Notes: a model not told the origin generated them from the letters alone. Shown: positions 25,892 through 36,865, counted from the stretch's first letter. The stretch is DNA of 64,000 nucleotides from Parcubacteria group bacterium GW2011_GWC1_36_108 (GCA_000991245.1 LBRD01000001.1:69467-133466), one strand, 5' to 3'. Numbers and translations are program-made.

Positions 25892-26899
25892 TTATTTACT
25901 AAGTGTAATCGTCCTTTTATACACCTCAAGATTATCAAGAGCAATTCCAATTCCTTTAATCACGCAAAACAATGGATCATCAGCAACATAGCAAGGAACA
26001 CCAATCGTTTTTGTGATCAACTGATCAAGATTGCGAAGCAGTGCTCCACCACCAGAAAGGATCATTCCCTTATCCATAATATCAGCAGCTAATTCTGGAG
26101 GAGTTTCTTGAAAAACTTTTTTAATGGCATTTATCACTTCTCGCAGCTCATCTTGCAAAGCTTCTGTCACTTCATTGGAAGAAATTTTAATTGTCTTTGG
26201 CAGTCCACCCATCAAGTCGCGTCCGCGCACTTCCATATGTTCTTCTTTAACTTGTGCAATTGCAGATCCAATTTCTTTTTTAATATCCTCAGCAGTTCTA
26301 TCACCAACTGCCAAACCATATTTTCGTTTAATATAATCAGAAATAGCTTGATCAAATTTATTGCCTCCCACGCGTGCACTGTGCGCTGCCACAACGCCGC
26401 CCAACGAAATTACTGCGATTTCAGATGTACCACCACCGATATTAATAATCATATTACCAGAAGCGTTGTGAATCGGAATTCCAGCACCGATTGCAGCCAA
26501 GAGTGGCTCCTTCACAACGTACGCTGATTTTGCTCCAGCTTTCACAGCCGCATCAATCACTGCACGACGTTCAGTTGAAGTCACTCCTGCCGGAATTGAA
26601 ATCATAATTTCCGGTTTGAAAATTCGAACTTTGCCAGTCACTTTATTGATAAAATATTTCAACATAGCTTCCGTCACGCGATAATCTGCAATCACACCAT
26701 CCTTCATTGGACGAGATGCCACAATATTATCCGGTGTGCGCCCAAGCATTTCGCGCGCTTGATTCCCCACCGCCAAAACAATATTCTCTATCGGAGAAAC
26801 TGCCACCACCGATGGCTCATTCACAACAATTCCTTTGCCGGGTATAAAAACCAAGGTGTTTGCTGTGCCAAGATCAATTCCAATTCTTCGTATAAACAT
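25892..26899 (-). CDS. mreB: Rod shape-determining protein MreB
   Basis: IGIDLGTAN, EPSVVA, PMKDGVIAD, IGGGTSE, SGGGALL. Confidence 0.95.
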   Translation of the reverse strand: MFIRRIGIDLGTANTLVFIPGKGIVVNEPSVVAVSPIENIVLAVGNQAREMLGRTPDNIVASRPMKDGVIADYRVTEAMLKYFINKVTGKVRIFKPEIMISIPAGVTSTERRAVIDAAVKAGAKSAYVVKEPLLAAIGAGIPIHNASGNMIINIGGGTSEIAVISLGGVVAAHSARVGGNKFDQAISDYIKRKYGLAVGDRTAEDIKKEIGSAIAQVKEEHMEVRGRDLMGGLPKTIKISSNEVTEALQDELREVINAIKKVFQETPPELAADIMDKGMILSGGGALLRNLDQLITKTIGVPCYVADDPLFCVIKGIGIALDNLEVYKRTITLSK

Positions 26900-26989
26900 A
26901 AGCGTAAAAAATTTCTAATTACTAATTTCTAATTTCTAAACAATTTCCAATGATTCAATTTTTAAATCCTAATTTCTAATTTCTAATTC

Positions 26990-27316
26990 CTAACTCCTAA
27001 AATCTGACACTCTAAAATTTCCGTTTTCTAATTTTCTTTTTTCCCTGCTCATTATTTTTGCGTGCTTTTTCCAGAACGCTTCTTCAAATTCTTCAACAGG
27101 AATTCCAGTACTAATCAAATTTCCTAAAATCAAAACAACCAAATCAACATTTTCCTCTATAAATTCTTCTCTTGATTTCCCTTTCGTCACAGCCTGCGCC
27201 AACTCACCCAATTCCTCAGTCATCAAATTCAAACGAAATTGCATATCCTCATTATTCGTCCCCTTCATTTCATTCTTCTTATGAAATTCCACAATCGCAT
27301 TATAAAATTTTTCCAT
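26990..27316 (-). CDS. MazG-like all-alpha NTP pyrophosphatase
   Basis: EELGELAQA...EENVD. Confidence 0.75.
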   Translation of the reverse strand: MEKFYNAIVEFHKKNEMKGTNNEDMQFRLNLMTEELGELAQAVTKGKSREEFIEENVDLVVLILGNLISTGIPVEEFEEAFWKKHAKIMSREKRKLENGNFRVSDFRS

Positions 27317-27321
27317 AATAT

Positions 27322-27768
27322 TTATAATTTAATATATTTCTTTTCTAAATAACTATTAATGGTACCTTTTGTTGTCTGCGTAAGTTTATTCGGAAGATTA
27401 TCAAGAGAAAACCAACCAATTTCGTCGCATTTTTCTGGCTCCATAATTTTCGGGATTCCTTTTTTAATTTTAGCTAAAAATGGAATTGCCATCCAATGCT
27501 GTTGTTCTTTTTTTAAAATGTGATCAATATGTGAAACCTCAGCCCAGATGTCTATATCTATACCAAGCTCTTCTTTAATTTCTCTCTTAGTTGCAACAAT
27601 TGCTTTCTCATTAAAATCAACTGCTCCGCCAGGCTGCGACCACCAAAGTGCTTGATTCTTTGAATTTTTGCTTCGCTTCATTAATAATACCTCTTTTTTA
27701 TTGTTAAAGATAAGTGCTCCGCACCCAACCCCAATACAATGTTTTCCAATTTTAAATTCTTTTTCCAT
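27322..27768 (-). CDS. NUDIX hydrolase
   Basis: PGGAVDFNE...REIKEELG, MEPEKC. Start MEKEFK; the upstream ORF extension lies in a repeat. Confidence 0.88.
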   Translation of the reverse strand: MEKEFKIGKHCIGVGCGALIFNNKKEVLLMKRSKNSKNQALWWSQPGGAVDFNEKAIVATKREIKEELGIDIDIWAEVSHIDHILKKEQQHWMAIPFLAKIKKGIPKIMEPEKCDEIGWFSLDNLPNKLTQTTKGTINSYLEKKYIKL

Positions 27769-27801
27769 ATTTTTTATAAATCTTTTGAATGGTGGGCATA
27801 C

Positions 27802-27883
27802 TTTTTCTTTTTTCACTTAAAACAAGTCTCCTTGGTGTTAATTTTAAAAAGTTGCAATTGTTTTTCTGTGATAAAAAGAAAAA
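27802..27883. repeat. ~80-bp hairpin dispersed repeat, copy 2
   Basis: Matches 7474-7553. Confidence 0.8.
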
Positions 27884-27915
27884 TGTATGCGAACAACTAA
27901 AGCACAGAAACAAAA

Positions 27916-29181
27916 CTATTTTGAAACCCTTTTAATGTCCGCACCAAGTGCAGCTAGGCGCTCTTCGATCCTTTCATATCCACGGTCAACTTGATAAATT
28001 TCATCGATAGTTGTGGTTCCCTTGGCGCAAAGTGCGGCAATGATAAGCGATGCTCCGGCGCGAAGGTCAAAACTTTTGATTGAACTACCTTTCAATTGAA
28101 CCGGTCCGGTAATAATAGCTTGATGAGGATTAAGAATTCTAGAATGAGCCCCCATCTTTTCCAGCTCGCTCAGATAATTAAATCGTCCTTCAAAAATTGT
28201 GTCGAAAATCAAAGTCTGCCCTTCAGCTTGCGTCGCCAAAACTCCAAGAGGCTGCTGCACATCAGAAGGCACTCCGGGATAAGTGCGAGTGTCAATTTTC
28301 TCAATCGCAAACAATTTTTCTTGCGGAATAACTGTAATTGAATTTTCCTTAATTTCAAAAGCCGCTCCAAATTGTCTGAGTCTTTCTAGGACAATATCCA
28401 GATTTTCTTCGCGCGCGTTATTAACAGTAATTGGACTTTTTGTTGCCACACCCATAATTAAAAATGTTGCAGCCTCATTAGCATCAGGAATTATTTCATG
28501 CTTAGCGCCAGAAAGTTTTTCATTTCCAATGATTTCCAAAGTATGCGCTCCAAGTCCTGTTATTTTCGCTCCCATTGAAATCAAAAATCTTCCAAGATCT
28601 TCCACGTGAGGTTCAGCGGCTGCAATTTTTATGATTGTTTTCCCAGGAAGTGACGCAGCCAGCATCATTGCATTTTCTGTGGCTGTAACTGAAAATTCTC
28701 GCAGCACCACCTTACCCGCCTTTCGAGAGCTGGCATCAACAATATAGCAATTTTCATCTTGCGTTATGCTTACACCCATTTTTTCCAGCGCGTCAAAATG
28801 TGTTCCGACAGGACGCTTGCCAATCGTGCAACCACCGGGATGAGCAATTCTAAATTTGTCAGCGCGCGCACTCAAACTACCCAGCAACAAAATTGATGAA
28901 CGGAGTTTTTTCACAATTTGTAAATCTATTTTTTCACTTTCAAGATCCTTGGCGCAAATTCTCACTGTTCGCTCGCCTTCCCAAACAACCGTCACATTCA
29001 TACTTTCCAAAATTTCAAGCATTCGATACACATCTTCAATAAGCGGTATATTAGAAATAACACATTCCTCTTTAGTCAAAAGTGTGGCAGCCAAAATAGG
29101 AGTAGTCGCATTTTTTGACCCCCTCACGTCGATTGACCCTAGGAGTGTTTTACCCCCAGTAATTTCAAAATATTCAGTCAT
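27916..29181 (-). CDS. murA: UDP-N-acetylglucosamine 1-carboxyvinyltransferase
   Basis: GSKNA, PGGCTIGKRP, SVTATEN, DLRAGASL, DRGYE. Confidence 0.95.
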   Translation of the reverse strand: MTEYFEITGGKTLLGSIDVRGSKNATTPILAATLLTKEECVISNIPLIEDVYRMLEILESMNVTVVWEGERTVRICAKDLESEKIDLQIVKKLRSSILLLGSLSARADKFRIAHPGGCTIGKRPVGTHFDALEKMGVSITQDENCYIVDASSRKAGKVVLREFSVTATENAMMLAASLPGKTIIKIAAAEPHVEDLGRFLISMGAKITGLGAHTLEIIGNEKLSGAKHEIIPDANEAATFLIMGVATKSPITVNNAREENLDIVLERLRQFGAAFEIKENSITVIPQEKLFAIEKIDTRTYPGVPSDVQQPLGVLATQAEGQTLIFDTIFEGRFNYLSELEKMGAHSRILNPHQAIITGPVQLKGSSIKSFDLRAGASLIIAALCAKGTTTIDEIYQVDRGYERIEERLAALGADIKRVSK

Positions 29182-29259
29182 ATTTGTCTGTTTTAAGCCT
29201 AAATTAAGTCGTACTTAACTACAAACTAATTATACAGGTCTTGGGTTTTTTTTCAAGTA

Positions 29260-29288
29260 AAAAGACGCTCAGAGTAGAGCGTCTTTTT
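29260..29288. terminator. Intrinsic terminator after murD
   Basis: AAAAGACGCTC-agagta-GAGCGTCTTTT. Confidence 0.7.
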
Positions 29289-29319
29289 GTGTTTCCTTTA
29301 TTCAAAAATTTTAACAATT

Positions 29320-30726
29320 TTACTTCAACTTTTTAACCGCGTCTCGAAATTTATCCCCGCGATCAAATTCATTAGCAAAGAGTCCGAAGCTGGCAGCCCC
29401 TGGCGAAAGCAAAACGACATCGCCTTGCTCAGCTTTTTTTTGAGCCAGTGCAGTCGCTTCTTCCATGGAACTAACTATTTCAATATTATCTAAAAATTCT
29501 TTGTCAGCAATTTTTCTAATTTTTTCAAGCAACTTATCAGTCGCGTTACCTTTGAGTAAAACAACATCTTTTGCTTTTTCTAAAATTTCTTTTGCAAACT
29601 CGGCAAAGTCCAGATTCTTATCCGTTCCACCTGCAATCAAAACAATTGGTTTTTCAAAAGCATTAAGACCAGAAATAGCTGCGTCTGGAATTGTTGCCGC
29701 GGTGTCATTGTAATATTTCACACCGTTAAGTTCGCGCACAAATTCCAATCGATGAGCAACGCCTTTCAATTGCGGCAGAGCCTTTTTGATTTCTATTGCA
29801 CTTAATCCCAATGCATAGACAGCTCCAATTGCAGCCATCACATTAGAAAGATTATGTCTCCCTGGGATAAGTACGTCTTTAATTGCAACTAACTTTTTCA
29901 CATCAATTCCATTGTTGAGGTATATTGCATCATCCTCAATAAACACGGCTCTGCTGCGCTTAAGCGGCTCATATGAAAAACGCACGACTTGTGCAGGCAC
30001 TTCTTTGGTTGCCTCCCTGAGAAGTTCGTCATCATTATTCATAATTAGCCAATCCTTGGGTTTTTGATTTGTAAAAATATATTTTTTATCCTGAAAATAT
30101 TTTTCCATCGTGCCATAATAATTCAAATGATCAGGCATAATATTTTTAAACACAGCAATGTGCGGACTAAGTTTTGCTCGCCCCAAAGCAGAAAGACGCC
30201 AAGAGGAAAGTTCGAAAACCACCACTGAATCTTTCTTCAGCAGCAGCAATTTATCCAACACCGAAACTTGTCCAATGCCAATCTTTATCGGGTTTTTTCC
30301 TACTGTTTTTAAAATTTCATATATAAGAGTGGCGGTAGTCGTTTTTCCCTTGGTACCAGTCACTCCAATTATTTTGTTTTTGCAAATCTTAAAAAAAAGA
30401 CTAGAGTCCATTTCGACCGGAACTTTGTTTTCAAGAGCAAACTTGATATGTTTGTCCGACCATTGCGCTGCTGGATTTTTTATTACCATATCAACTTTGG
30501 AAAAATCTTCCATCCGATGATGACCCAAAACATATTCCACATTTTTAAGTCCCTTGAGTTTTTCTAGTGATGCGCTAAGCTGCTCCTTTGTTCGAAGATC
30601 AGTTGCTATAACCTTAGCTCCTTGCGCAACCAAAAATTTCACCGTGCCGACTCCGCCACCGTGAAGACCAATACCCATTACTGTTATTTTTTTGTTCTTA
30701 AAAAAGGATAGTTCCATAATGTTCAA
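29320..30726 (-). CDS. murD: UDP-MurNAc-L-Ala:D-Glu ligase
   Basis: GVTGTKGKTTT, ELSSW, PDHLN, HRLEFV, LLSPGAASF..F..RG. Confidence 0.93.
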   Translation of the reverse strand: MNIMELSFFKNKKITVMGIGLHGGGVGTVKFLVAQGAKVIATDLRTKEQLSASLEKLKGLKNVEYVLGHHRMEDFSKVDMVIKNPAAQWSDKHIKFALENKVPVEMDSSLFFKICKNKIIGVTGTKGKTTTATLIYEILKTVGKNPIKIGIGQVSVLDKLLLLKKDSVVVFELSSWRLSALGRAKLSPHIAVFKNIMPDHLNYYGTMEKYFQDKKYIFTNQKPKDWLIMNNDDELLREATKEVPAQVVRFSYEPLKRSRAVFIEDDAIYLNNGIDVKKLVAIKDVLIPGRHNLSNVMAAIGAVYALGLSAIEIKKALPQLKGVAHRLEFVRELNGVKYYNDTAATIPDAAISGLNAFEKPIVLIAGGTDKNLDFAEFAKEILEKAKDVVLLKGNATDKLLEKIRKIADKEFLDNIEIVSSMEEATALAQKKAEQGDVVLLSPGAASFGLFANEFDRGDKFRDAVKKLK

Positions 30727-30823
30727 TAATCAATAGTAAAAAGTCAATATACACCAAAAAATAAACGAAGTAAAGCAACACCCTACTTACTGAATTTTGT
30801 ATATTACATTTTGTATATTGTTT

Positions 30824-32416
30824 TTAGAACTCAAACAATGATGACTTTCTGCGAAGTACCACGCCTGCACGCTCTTCCAAGATTTTTCCATTTTTAATTG
30901 CAGGACGACCATTGACAAGTACCCAGTCAATGCCTTGTGAATATTGATATGGATTTTCAATTGTAGCAAGATCTTGAATCTTTTTTGGATCAAAAACAAC
31001 CACATCAGCAAAATTCCCCTCTGCAAGAATGCCACGCTTTTCAATATTAAATTTTTCCGCAGGTAATCCTGACATTTTTCGAATAGCCTCTTCCCAACCT
31101 ACAACACCTCTTTCCCTAACATAATCAGCCAGCACTCTCGGGAATGAACCGAAGTTTCGAGGATGCACAACTTCACCAGTTTCTCTATGTTTAATATCAT
31201 ATCCAGAACCATTTGATGAAACAATTGAAAAAGGATTTATAACACCCTTATCCACATTTTTTTCACTAAGCACTTCCATCATCGTTACTACTCGACCCTC
31301 ACTAGCAATAAGAACGTCGATGATCGTGTCTTCAATGCTTTTTCCTTGAGCCTCGGCAATTTCAGTAATTTTTTTACGATTAAGTGCCTTGTCCAAAGCT
31401 GAAATTGAAATAGTTATTTTTGAATAATCATATTCACTTGCTTTCATTTCTTTAATAACACGTTTTCGAATTTCTGAATCCTTAAGTCGCGAAAGCATCA
31501 TATTGCGACCACCTTCTGTAACCCAATCGGGAAGCAAAATATACAGCACGCTGCCTGTTGACGTGTATGGGTATACGTCGAAATGAACATCAATTCCACT
31601 GGTACGAGCTGTTTCAATCAAATTCAAAGCTTCTTCCATAAGCGGCCAATTTTTCTTTCCCATAACTTTTAGATGTGAGATTTGAAGCCTGACTCCCGTG
31701 ATCTGCGCAACACGAATTGCCTCTTCTACTGCTCTGATAAGTTCGTGCGCTTCTCCGCGAATATGAGTTGTATAAACACCGTTATATTTTTTCACAATCT
31801 CAGCCAATTCTGCAATTTCTCGAGAAGATGCCAATTTGGCGTGAGTATAAACCAATCCTGTTGAAAAACCAAGTGCGCCTTCTTTCATTGCTTGTGTCAG
31901 CATTTTTTTCATCACTTTCATCTCACCTGGGCTGATATCTCGAACTTCATCGCCAACCAAACCTCTTCGAAGTGTTCCGTGCCCCACCAGAGTTGCAAAG
32001 TTTAAAGCAATTTTTTTCTGTTCAACTTCAGCCAAAAATTCTTTCATACTGAGCCAATTAAAACTGACATTTTTCATATCAGTCCATTTTTGAATTGACT
32101 TTATAACACTATGATTAGCCAATGGTGCAAGCGATGAACCGCAATTTCCCCCAATAATAGTAGTAACACCTTGATGCAGCAAACTTTCAAGTACAGGATC
32201 AATAAAAATTCTCCAATATGTGTCGGAATGATTATTGACATCAATAAACCCAGGGGCTATATATTTTTTTGTTGCATCAATTTCAATTTCCGCATGCTCA
32301 TTGTGCAAGTCTCCAATATCAGTAATAACTCCCTCGCGAATCCCCACATCTCCGCGATACATTGGTTTACCAGAGCCATCAACAATTGTCCCATTTTTTA
32401 TGATTACATCAAGCAT
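30824..32416 (-). CDS. N-acyl-D-amino-acid deacylase family amidohydrolase (divergent active site)
   Basis: PGFID, GVTT..GGNCG, THIRGE, ISHLK, DVYPY, HPRNFGSFPR, ADVVVFDP. Confidence 0.85.
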   Translation of the reverse strand: MLDVIIKNGTIVDGSGKPMYRGDVGIREGVITDIGDLHNEHAEIEIDATKKYIAPGFIDVNNHSDTYWRIFIDPVLESLLHQGVTTIIGGNCGSSLAPLANHSVIKSIQKWTDMKNVSFNWLSMKEFLAEVEQKKIALNFATLVGHGTLRRGLVGDEVRDISPGEMKVMKKMLTQAMKEGALGFSTGLVYTHAKLASSREIAELAEIVKKYNGVYTTHIRGEAHELIRAVEEAIRVAQITGVRLQISHLKVMGKKNWPLMEEALNLIETARTSGIDVHFDVYPYTSTGSVLYILLPDWVTEGGRNMMLSRLKDSEIRKRVIKEMKASEYDYSKITISISALDKALNRKKITEIAEAQGKSIEDTIIDVLIASEGRVVTMMEVLSEKNVDKGVINPFSIVSSNGSGYDIKHRETGEVVHPRNFGSFPRVLADYVRERGVVGWEEAIRKMSGLPAEKFNIEKRGILAEGNFADVVVFDPKKIQDLATIENPYQYSQGIDWVLVNGRPAIKNGKILEERAGVVLRRKSSLFEF

Positions 32417-32696
32417 ATGTTTTGTTTTTATTTTGGTTATTTTACAACTATATTATACAAAATTTTGACACTATTAGCAAGCAACAAAGCAATAATTTTC
32501 AATTTACAATTCACAATTTTCATTTAATTTTCAAATACTTAATTTTCAAATCTAAATTAAAATTTTAGTCATTGAGTCATTGAGATTTTATTGGAAATTG
32601 GGAATTGATCATTGGTAATTTAAAAGGTTCGCAATAATTGCGAACCCAGTTGACATAGAAAATATAATTTTGCAATAAAACAAAAAGCGAAGTTTT

Positions 32697-33380
32697 CTAG
32701 ATCCAGCTTTTCGCTTCTAATCCCAATCTAGCGGCTTCCCGCTGAGCTTCTTGTTTTGAATTTCCTTCTCCTTCAGCAACCAATTCATCTGCCAGATATA
32801 CTCCAACCACAAAATGCTTGTCGTGATCAGGTCCCCATTCTTTCATTACGCGATATGATGGTGTTACTTTGCTGTTTTCTTGTGCTTTCTCTTGAAAATA
32901 ACTTTTGGGATCAAGATATAATTTTTTCTCAATTATTTCGCTAAGTTTTGTGGCTACATTTTTCAATACGAATTTTTTTGTAACATCATAACCCTGATCA
33001 AGATATGCTGCACCAATAATAGCCTCCAGTGCGTTAGCCAACAAATATTGCCGAGCACGTCCCTTGTCTTTTGCTTCGCCACGACTCATTAATAAATATT
33101 TTTCAACTCCAATTTCTTGAGAAACAACAGCTAGCATTTCGCCGTTTACCAATGCGCTGCGCCAGCTGGTAAGTTCTCCTTCCGGATTTTTATAATTATT
33201 GTACAAATGTTCAGTAATAATAAGTTCCAAAACTGCATCACCCAAAAATTCCAAACGCTCATTATGGTCAAGCGCATAATCCCTGTTTTCATTCAGATAA
33301 CTGCGATGAGTCACTGCCTGACGCAACAACTCGATATTATCAAATTTAATGCCAATTTTCTTAGCCAAAGACTCTACCAT
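32697..33380 (-). CDS. rnc: Ribonuclease III
   Basis: THRS, NERLEFLGDAVL, dsRBD DPKSYFQE...GNSKQEAQREAA. Start MVESL. Confidence 0.95.
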   Translation of the reverse strand: MVESLAKKIGIKFDNIELLRQAVTHRSYLNENRDYALDHNERLEFLGDAVLELIITEHLYNNYKNPEGELTSWRSALVNGEMLAVVSQEIGVEKYLLMSRGEAKDKGRARQYLLANALEAIIGAAYLDQGYDVTKKFVLKNVATKLSEIIEKKLYLDPKSYFQEKAQENSKVTPSYRVMKEWGPDHDKHFVVGVYLADELVAEGEGNSKQEAQREAARLGLEAKSWI

Positions 33381-33512
33381 GGAATTTAATGTCAAAACCC
33401 CAATAACAAATGTCAAATAAATGCCAAATGTCAAAATTCAAAAAATTTAAACATTAGGATTTGATTTGAAATTTTTAATTTGAAATTTTTAATTTGAAAT
33501 AATTATTACGCT

Positions 33513-34013
33513 TCAATTTTTTTCCTCCTCCACTTTTTCTATCTTTTCTTCAGATATTTCCTTATGTTTCTTCGTGCTATCATCTTTCATTGGTTCGCCC
33601 ATTTCGCGATAAATCGTGCCTAGCACACCGTTTACAAAGCGGGCAGAACTTTCGCCGCCAAAAGTTTTGGCAAGTTCAATAGATTCATTGATGGCAACTT
33701 TTGGAGGAACTTCACCATAATTACCATGCATAAGTTCATATATCCCCAAACGAAGAATGTTGCGATCAATAATTGTCACTTGTTCCAAGGGCCATTCAGG
33801 AGCACATTTTTCAATCAGAGCATCAATAGTTGCTCGTTTTTCAAGTGTTCCTTTTGCAAGCGCTTTTACAAATTCGCAGTCCTCAATTCCCGGAGCAAAT
33901 TCCGAGACATTGCGCGCCACGATGTCGGAAATTTGCTCATCGTGCTTACCTTGAAAATCCCACTCAAAAAGAGCCTGCATTGCTACTGATCTTTGAAGGT
34001 GCCTGTTAGCCAT
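33513..34013 (-). CDS. nusB: Transcription antitermination factor NusB
   Basis: [33 protein letters not shown]. Confidence 0.95.
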   Translation of the reverse strand: MANRHLQRSVAMQALFEWDFQGKHDEQISDIVARNVSEFAPGIEDCEFVKALAKGTLEKRATIDALIEKCAPEWPLEQVTIIDRNILRLGIYELMHGNYGEVPPKVAINESIELAKTFGGESSARFVNGVLGTIYREMGEPMKDDSTKKHKEISEEKIEKVEEEKN

Positions 34014-34115
34014 TGAAGTAACTGATTTTCACGAATTTAAAACGAATTTTCACGAATCACGAATGATCCGTGATCTGTGATTATTAGTTTTACATCTGTG
34101 TTTATCCGTTTATAT

Positions 34116-34313
34116 TTATTTTTTCTTCGCTACTTTTTTGATTGTATTTACAACTTCATTTCCCTTGTAAAATCCACAGTGAGTACAAACTCTGTGCGCA
34201 AGTTTTTCCTTGCCACATTTTGTGCAAGTTTGAGTTTTCACAGTTTCAATTGCAAAGCGATCGCGTTTAGCATCTCGTCGTTGTTTAGTGTGTCGTTGTT
34301 TTGGTACTGACAT
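34116..34313 (-). CDS. rpmF: 50S ribosomal protein L32
   Basis: MSVPKQR; CTKCG..HRVCTHCGFYKG. Confidence 0.95.
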   Translation of the reverse strand: MSVPKQRHTKQRRDAKRDRFAIETVKTQTCTKCGKEKLAHRVCTHCGFYKGNEVVNTIKKVAKKK

Positions 34314-34561
34314 AATCGTGCATAAAAAATAAAGCGTTTCTCTCTAACCGTATCTGGAAAACCAAAGAAGTTTATCTGATAATTTTAGGGTTTTAATTTC
34401 CAATTTCCAATTTCCAATTTCCAATCAATTTCCAATGACCGAATTTTTAAATTTCAAAAATGAAAATGTCGCTCTATTTCTAACTTTTTAAATGTTAAAA
34501 TATCAAAATTATAATAGCATGCATATTGTAATTTGGCAAGATTTAGCAATATTTTGCAACA

Positions 34562-35269
34562 TTATCTTAAGGATGGGTCAATTCCCACAGCCAGAAGCTC
34601 ATTAATCGCTCTTTTGACTGGAGCAAAGCTTTTTCGATGAATCTCGCATGGTCCGTATTTAAAAAGTGCATCCATATGAACCTTCGTTCCGTACCCCTTA
34701 TGTTTATCTAAGCCATATTGAGGGTATTTCGAGGCAAATTCAAGCATCATTCTATCACGAGTCACTTTTGCCACAATCGAAGCCGCTGAAATTGATTTTA
34801 CTAATTTATCCCCTCCCACCACAGCATATTGTTCCATAGAAAGATTTGGGATAACCTTATTGCCATCCACAAGGACTATGTATTTAGGCTCCACATCACC
34901 CCAAATTTCCTGTCCCATGTTGCGTTTAAGCTCCTGGATAGCTTTTTTCATGGACAAAAAACTTGCTTCCAAAATATTAATCCTATCGATCGTTTCATGA
35001 TCGCAAAGTCCGATGCCAATATAAAAATGCTCATTAATAAAATCAAAAATCTCTTCACGCTGTTTTTCTGAAACTTTTTTGGAATCCCGAATAAGATCAA
35101 ATTGCTTTTGTTTGTCAGTGGGAATTTTAAAATTAATATCCTTAAACATTGCAGCGCACGCCAAAACAGGACCACAAAGCGGTCCACGACCAACTTCATC
35201 AGTTCCAATGATATGAGTGAAACCCTGATTAGCAAAATCTTTTTCAAGAATAAATGTTGAAGTCTCCAT
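34562..35269 (-). CDS. rnhB: Ribonuclease HII
   Basis: GTDEVGRGP, DSKK, VDGN, SISAASIVAKV, HKGYGT. Start METST. Confidence 0.95.
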   Translation of the reverse strand: METSTFILEKDFANQGFTHIIGTDEVGRGPLCGPVLACAAMFKDINFKIPTDKQKQFDLIRDSKKVSEKQREEIFDFINEHFYIGIGLCDHETIDRINILEASFLSMKKAIQELKRNMGQEIWGDVEPKYIVLVDGNKVIPNLSMEQYAVVGGDKLVKSISAASIVAKVTRDRMMLEFASKYPQYGLDKHKGYGTKVHMDALFKYGPCEIHRKSFAPVKRAINELLAVGIDPSLR

Positions 35270-35362
35270 AAGGGCAGTATAATGCATTTCGCAGAATGTA
35301 TAAAGCATAAAAAAATTACCGCCTTTTCAGACGGTAATTTCAAGTATCGAATTTTTTATTTT

Positions 35363-35911
35363 TTATTTTTTAATATATTTTGCCAAAGCTAATCGCGCAG
35401 GCTCAATGCTGACAACTGAAACACCTTCGCAATCAAGATAAAATCCTTTTATGGTTATTGTTTCTGGTTTTTCTTCGGTAGCCTTTTTAAGCTTTGCAGC
35501 TAATGCTGGAGTCAAATCCTCAATAAAAAGCAGGCTGCTTATAATTCCATTTTTTTCTGTTTTAGCTGGGTCTGGCAATTTTTCAATATCTTCTTTTACA
35601 ATTTTAAACATCCAATCCTTTTTTGTTGAACCAGGAATTGTTGTTAATTCATATGTACCTCTCAATGCTGCCTCTCCTTCGTACAGCTTTGCAACACATT
35701 TTCCATCCTCGGGACCATTAACTGGTGCCTGTTGCTTTTTTTCCGGTTGCGCTGCTGGTTTGATTGGCGCAGCCACTTGTTTATTTTCTCCCTTAGCAGC
35801 ACCACCAAACAAACTTTGGCGCACATCTTGAGCCAAGAAAATTCCTCCAACAATAACTGCTGCCAATAAAATCACTCCAGTTGCAAGTTCACTTGCTATT
35901 TTTTTATTCAT
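35363..35911 (-). CDS. Hypothetical membrane-anchored or secreted protein
   Basis: N-terminal TM, two Cys; 182 aa. Confidence 0.7.
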   Translation of the reverse strand: MNKKIASELATGVILLAAVIVGGIFLAQDVRQSLFGGAAKGENKQVAAPIKPAAQPEKKQQAPVNGPEDGKCVAKLYEGEAALRGTYELTTIPGSTKKDWMFKIVKEDIEKLPDPAKTEKNGIISSLLFIEDLTPALAAKLKKATEEKPETITIKGFYLDCEGVSVVSIEPARLALAKYIKK

Positions 35912-36027
35912 TTTTGTTTACTTTGTTGAACTGTGCAGGGCGCAATATTCAACTGAAGTCTTTTAAAACTTACATATAAATTATACCACAAAGAAAACGA
36001 TTTGCACAGCAATAACAATATTAAGTG

Positions 36028-36474
36028 TTACAAGCAAGGTACCTGTACATCCAAAATATCATCATCCCCTGGAAAAGTCCCCACCCAAAGCATTTGATTA
36101 TTTTTTTCCGCATTTTCAATGATGCTGCGCAATTCGTCAAAGCGCGGATTTGTGTTTGAAAGAAAGAGTGGTGCTGGACGAGGTACAACCTGAATCATTA
36201 AACCAGTTTTTGGCTGCTGAATAAATTCCATTGTTTCCACATAAACATTATTAATAGGTGTTGCAAAATCAACCAATCCTGTGGCAGTATCATATGAAAC
36301 AAAGAAAAAACTATTTTCTGCTGCCACGCGACGAACAAACTGAATATTAAGTTTTCCTAATTCCCCATTTTGAATCCAACATTTTTTTCCATTATCAATA
36401 TCAAAAGAAAAAATATTTTTTGAAGAATCCTCAATAATATTTTCTGCCTTAGTAAAAGCATGCGAGGTTCTCAT
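36028..36474 (-). CDS. Hypothetical protein
   Basis: 148-aa ORF adjacent to the upstream gene. Confidence 0.65.
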   Translation of the reverse strand: MRTSHAFTKAENIIEDSSKNIFSFDIDNGKKCWIQNGELGKLNIQFVRRVAAENSFFFVSYDTATGLVDFATPINNVYVETMEFIQQPKTGLMIQVVPRPAPLFLSNTNPRFDELRSIIENAEKNNQMLWVGTFPGDDDILDVQVPCL

Positions 36475-36476
36475 AT

Positions 36477-36767
36477 TTATTTCAAAATTATAAAAATGAT
36501 TACTGTCATCAAAGCAGCATCTATAATAAAATTTAGCACATTAAATTTCTCAGTAAGCCCATAGCCAAGAAATTTTAAGGGAAATCCACCATTAGCTTCG
36601 ATTTCGCCCAATGTTCCCTGTTTTGACATTTCAACCATTTCCTTCTTTTGCCGATTTAATTGAAAATTGGCTTGCCAATATCCCACAAAAAATGTCAGCA
36701 CTATTCCAATTAAAGCACTCACAACAAAAACTTTTCCTGATATCATATTTTTATAATTTATTCGCAT
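36477..36767 (-). CDS. Small 2-TM hypothetical protein (GGFPL motif)
   Basis: 96 aa with two hydrophobic segments. Confidence 0.6.
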   Translation of the reverse strand: MRINYKNMISGKVFVVSALIGIVLTFFVGYWQANFQLNRQKKEMVEMSKQGTLGEIEANGGFPLKFLGYGLTEKFNVLNFIIDAALMTVIIFIILK

Positions 36768-36865
36768 TATTAAACAATTTTTCTATTCCAATATTCATAT
36801 TAATAGTTAAATTATAGCATATTTACAAGAAAAGTTATCCACTTTTTATTCTTAAACTGTTTCAG

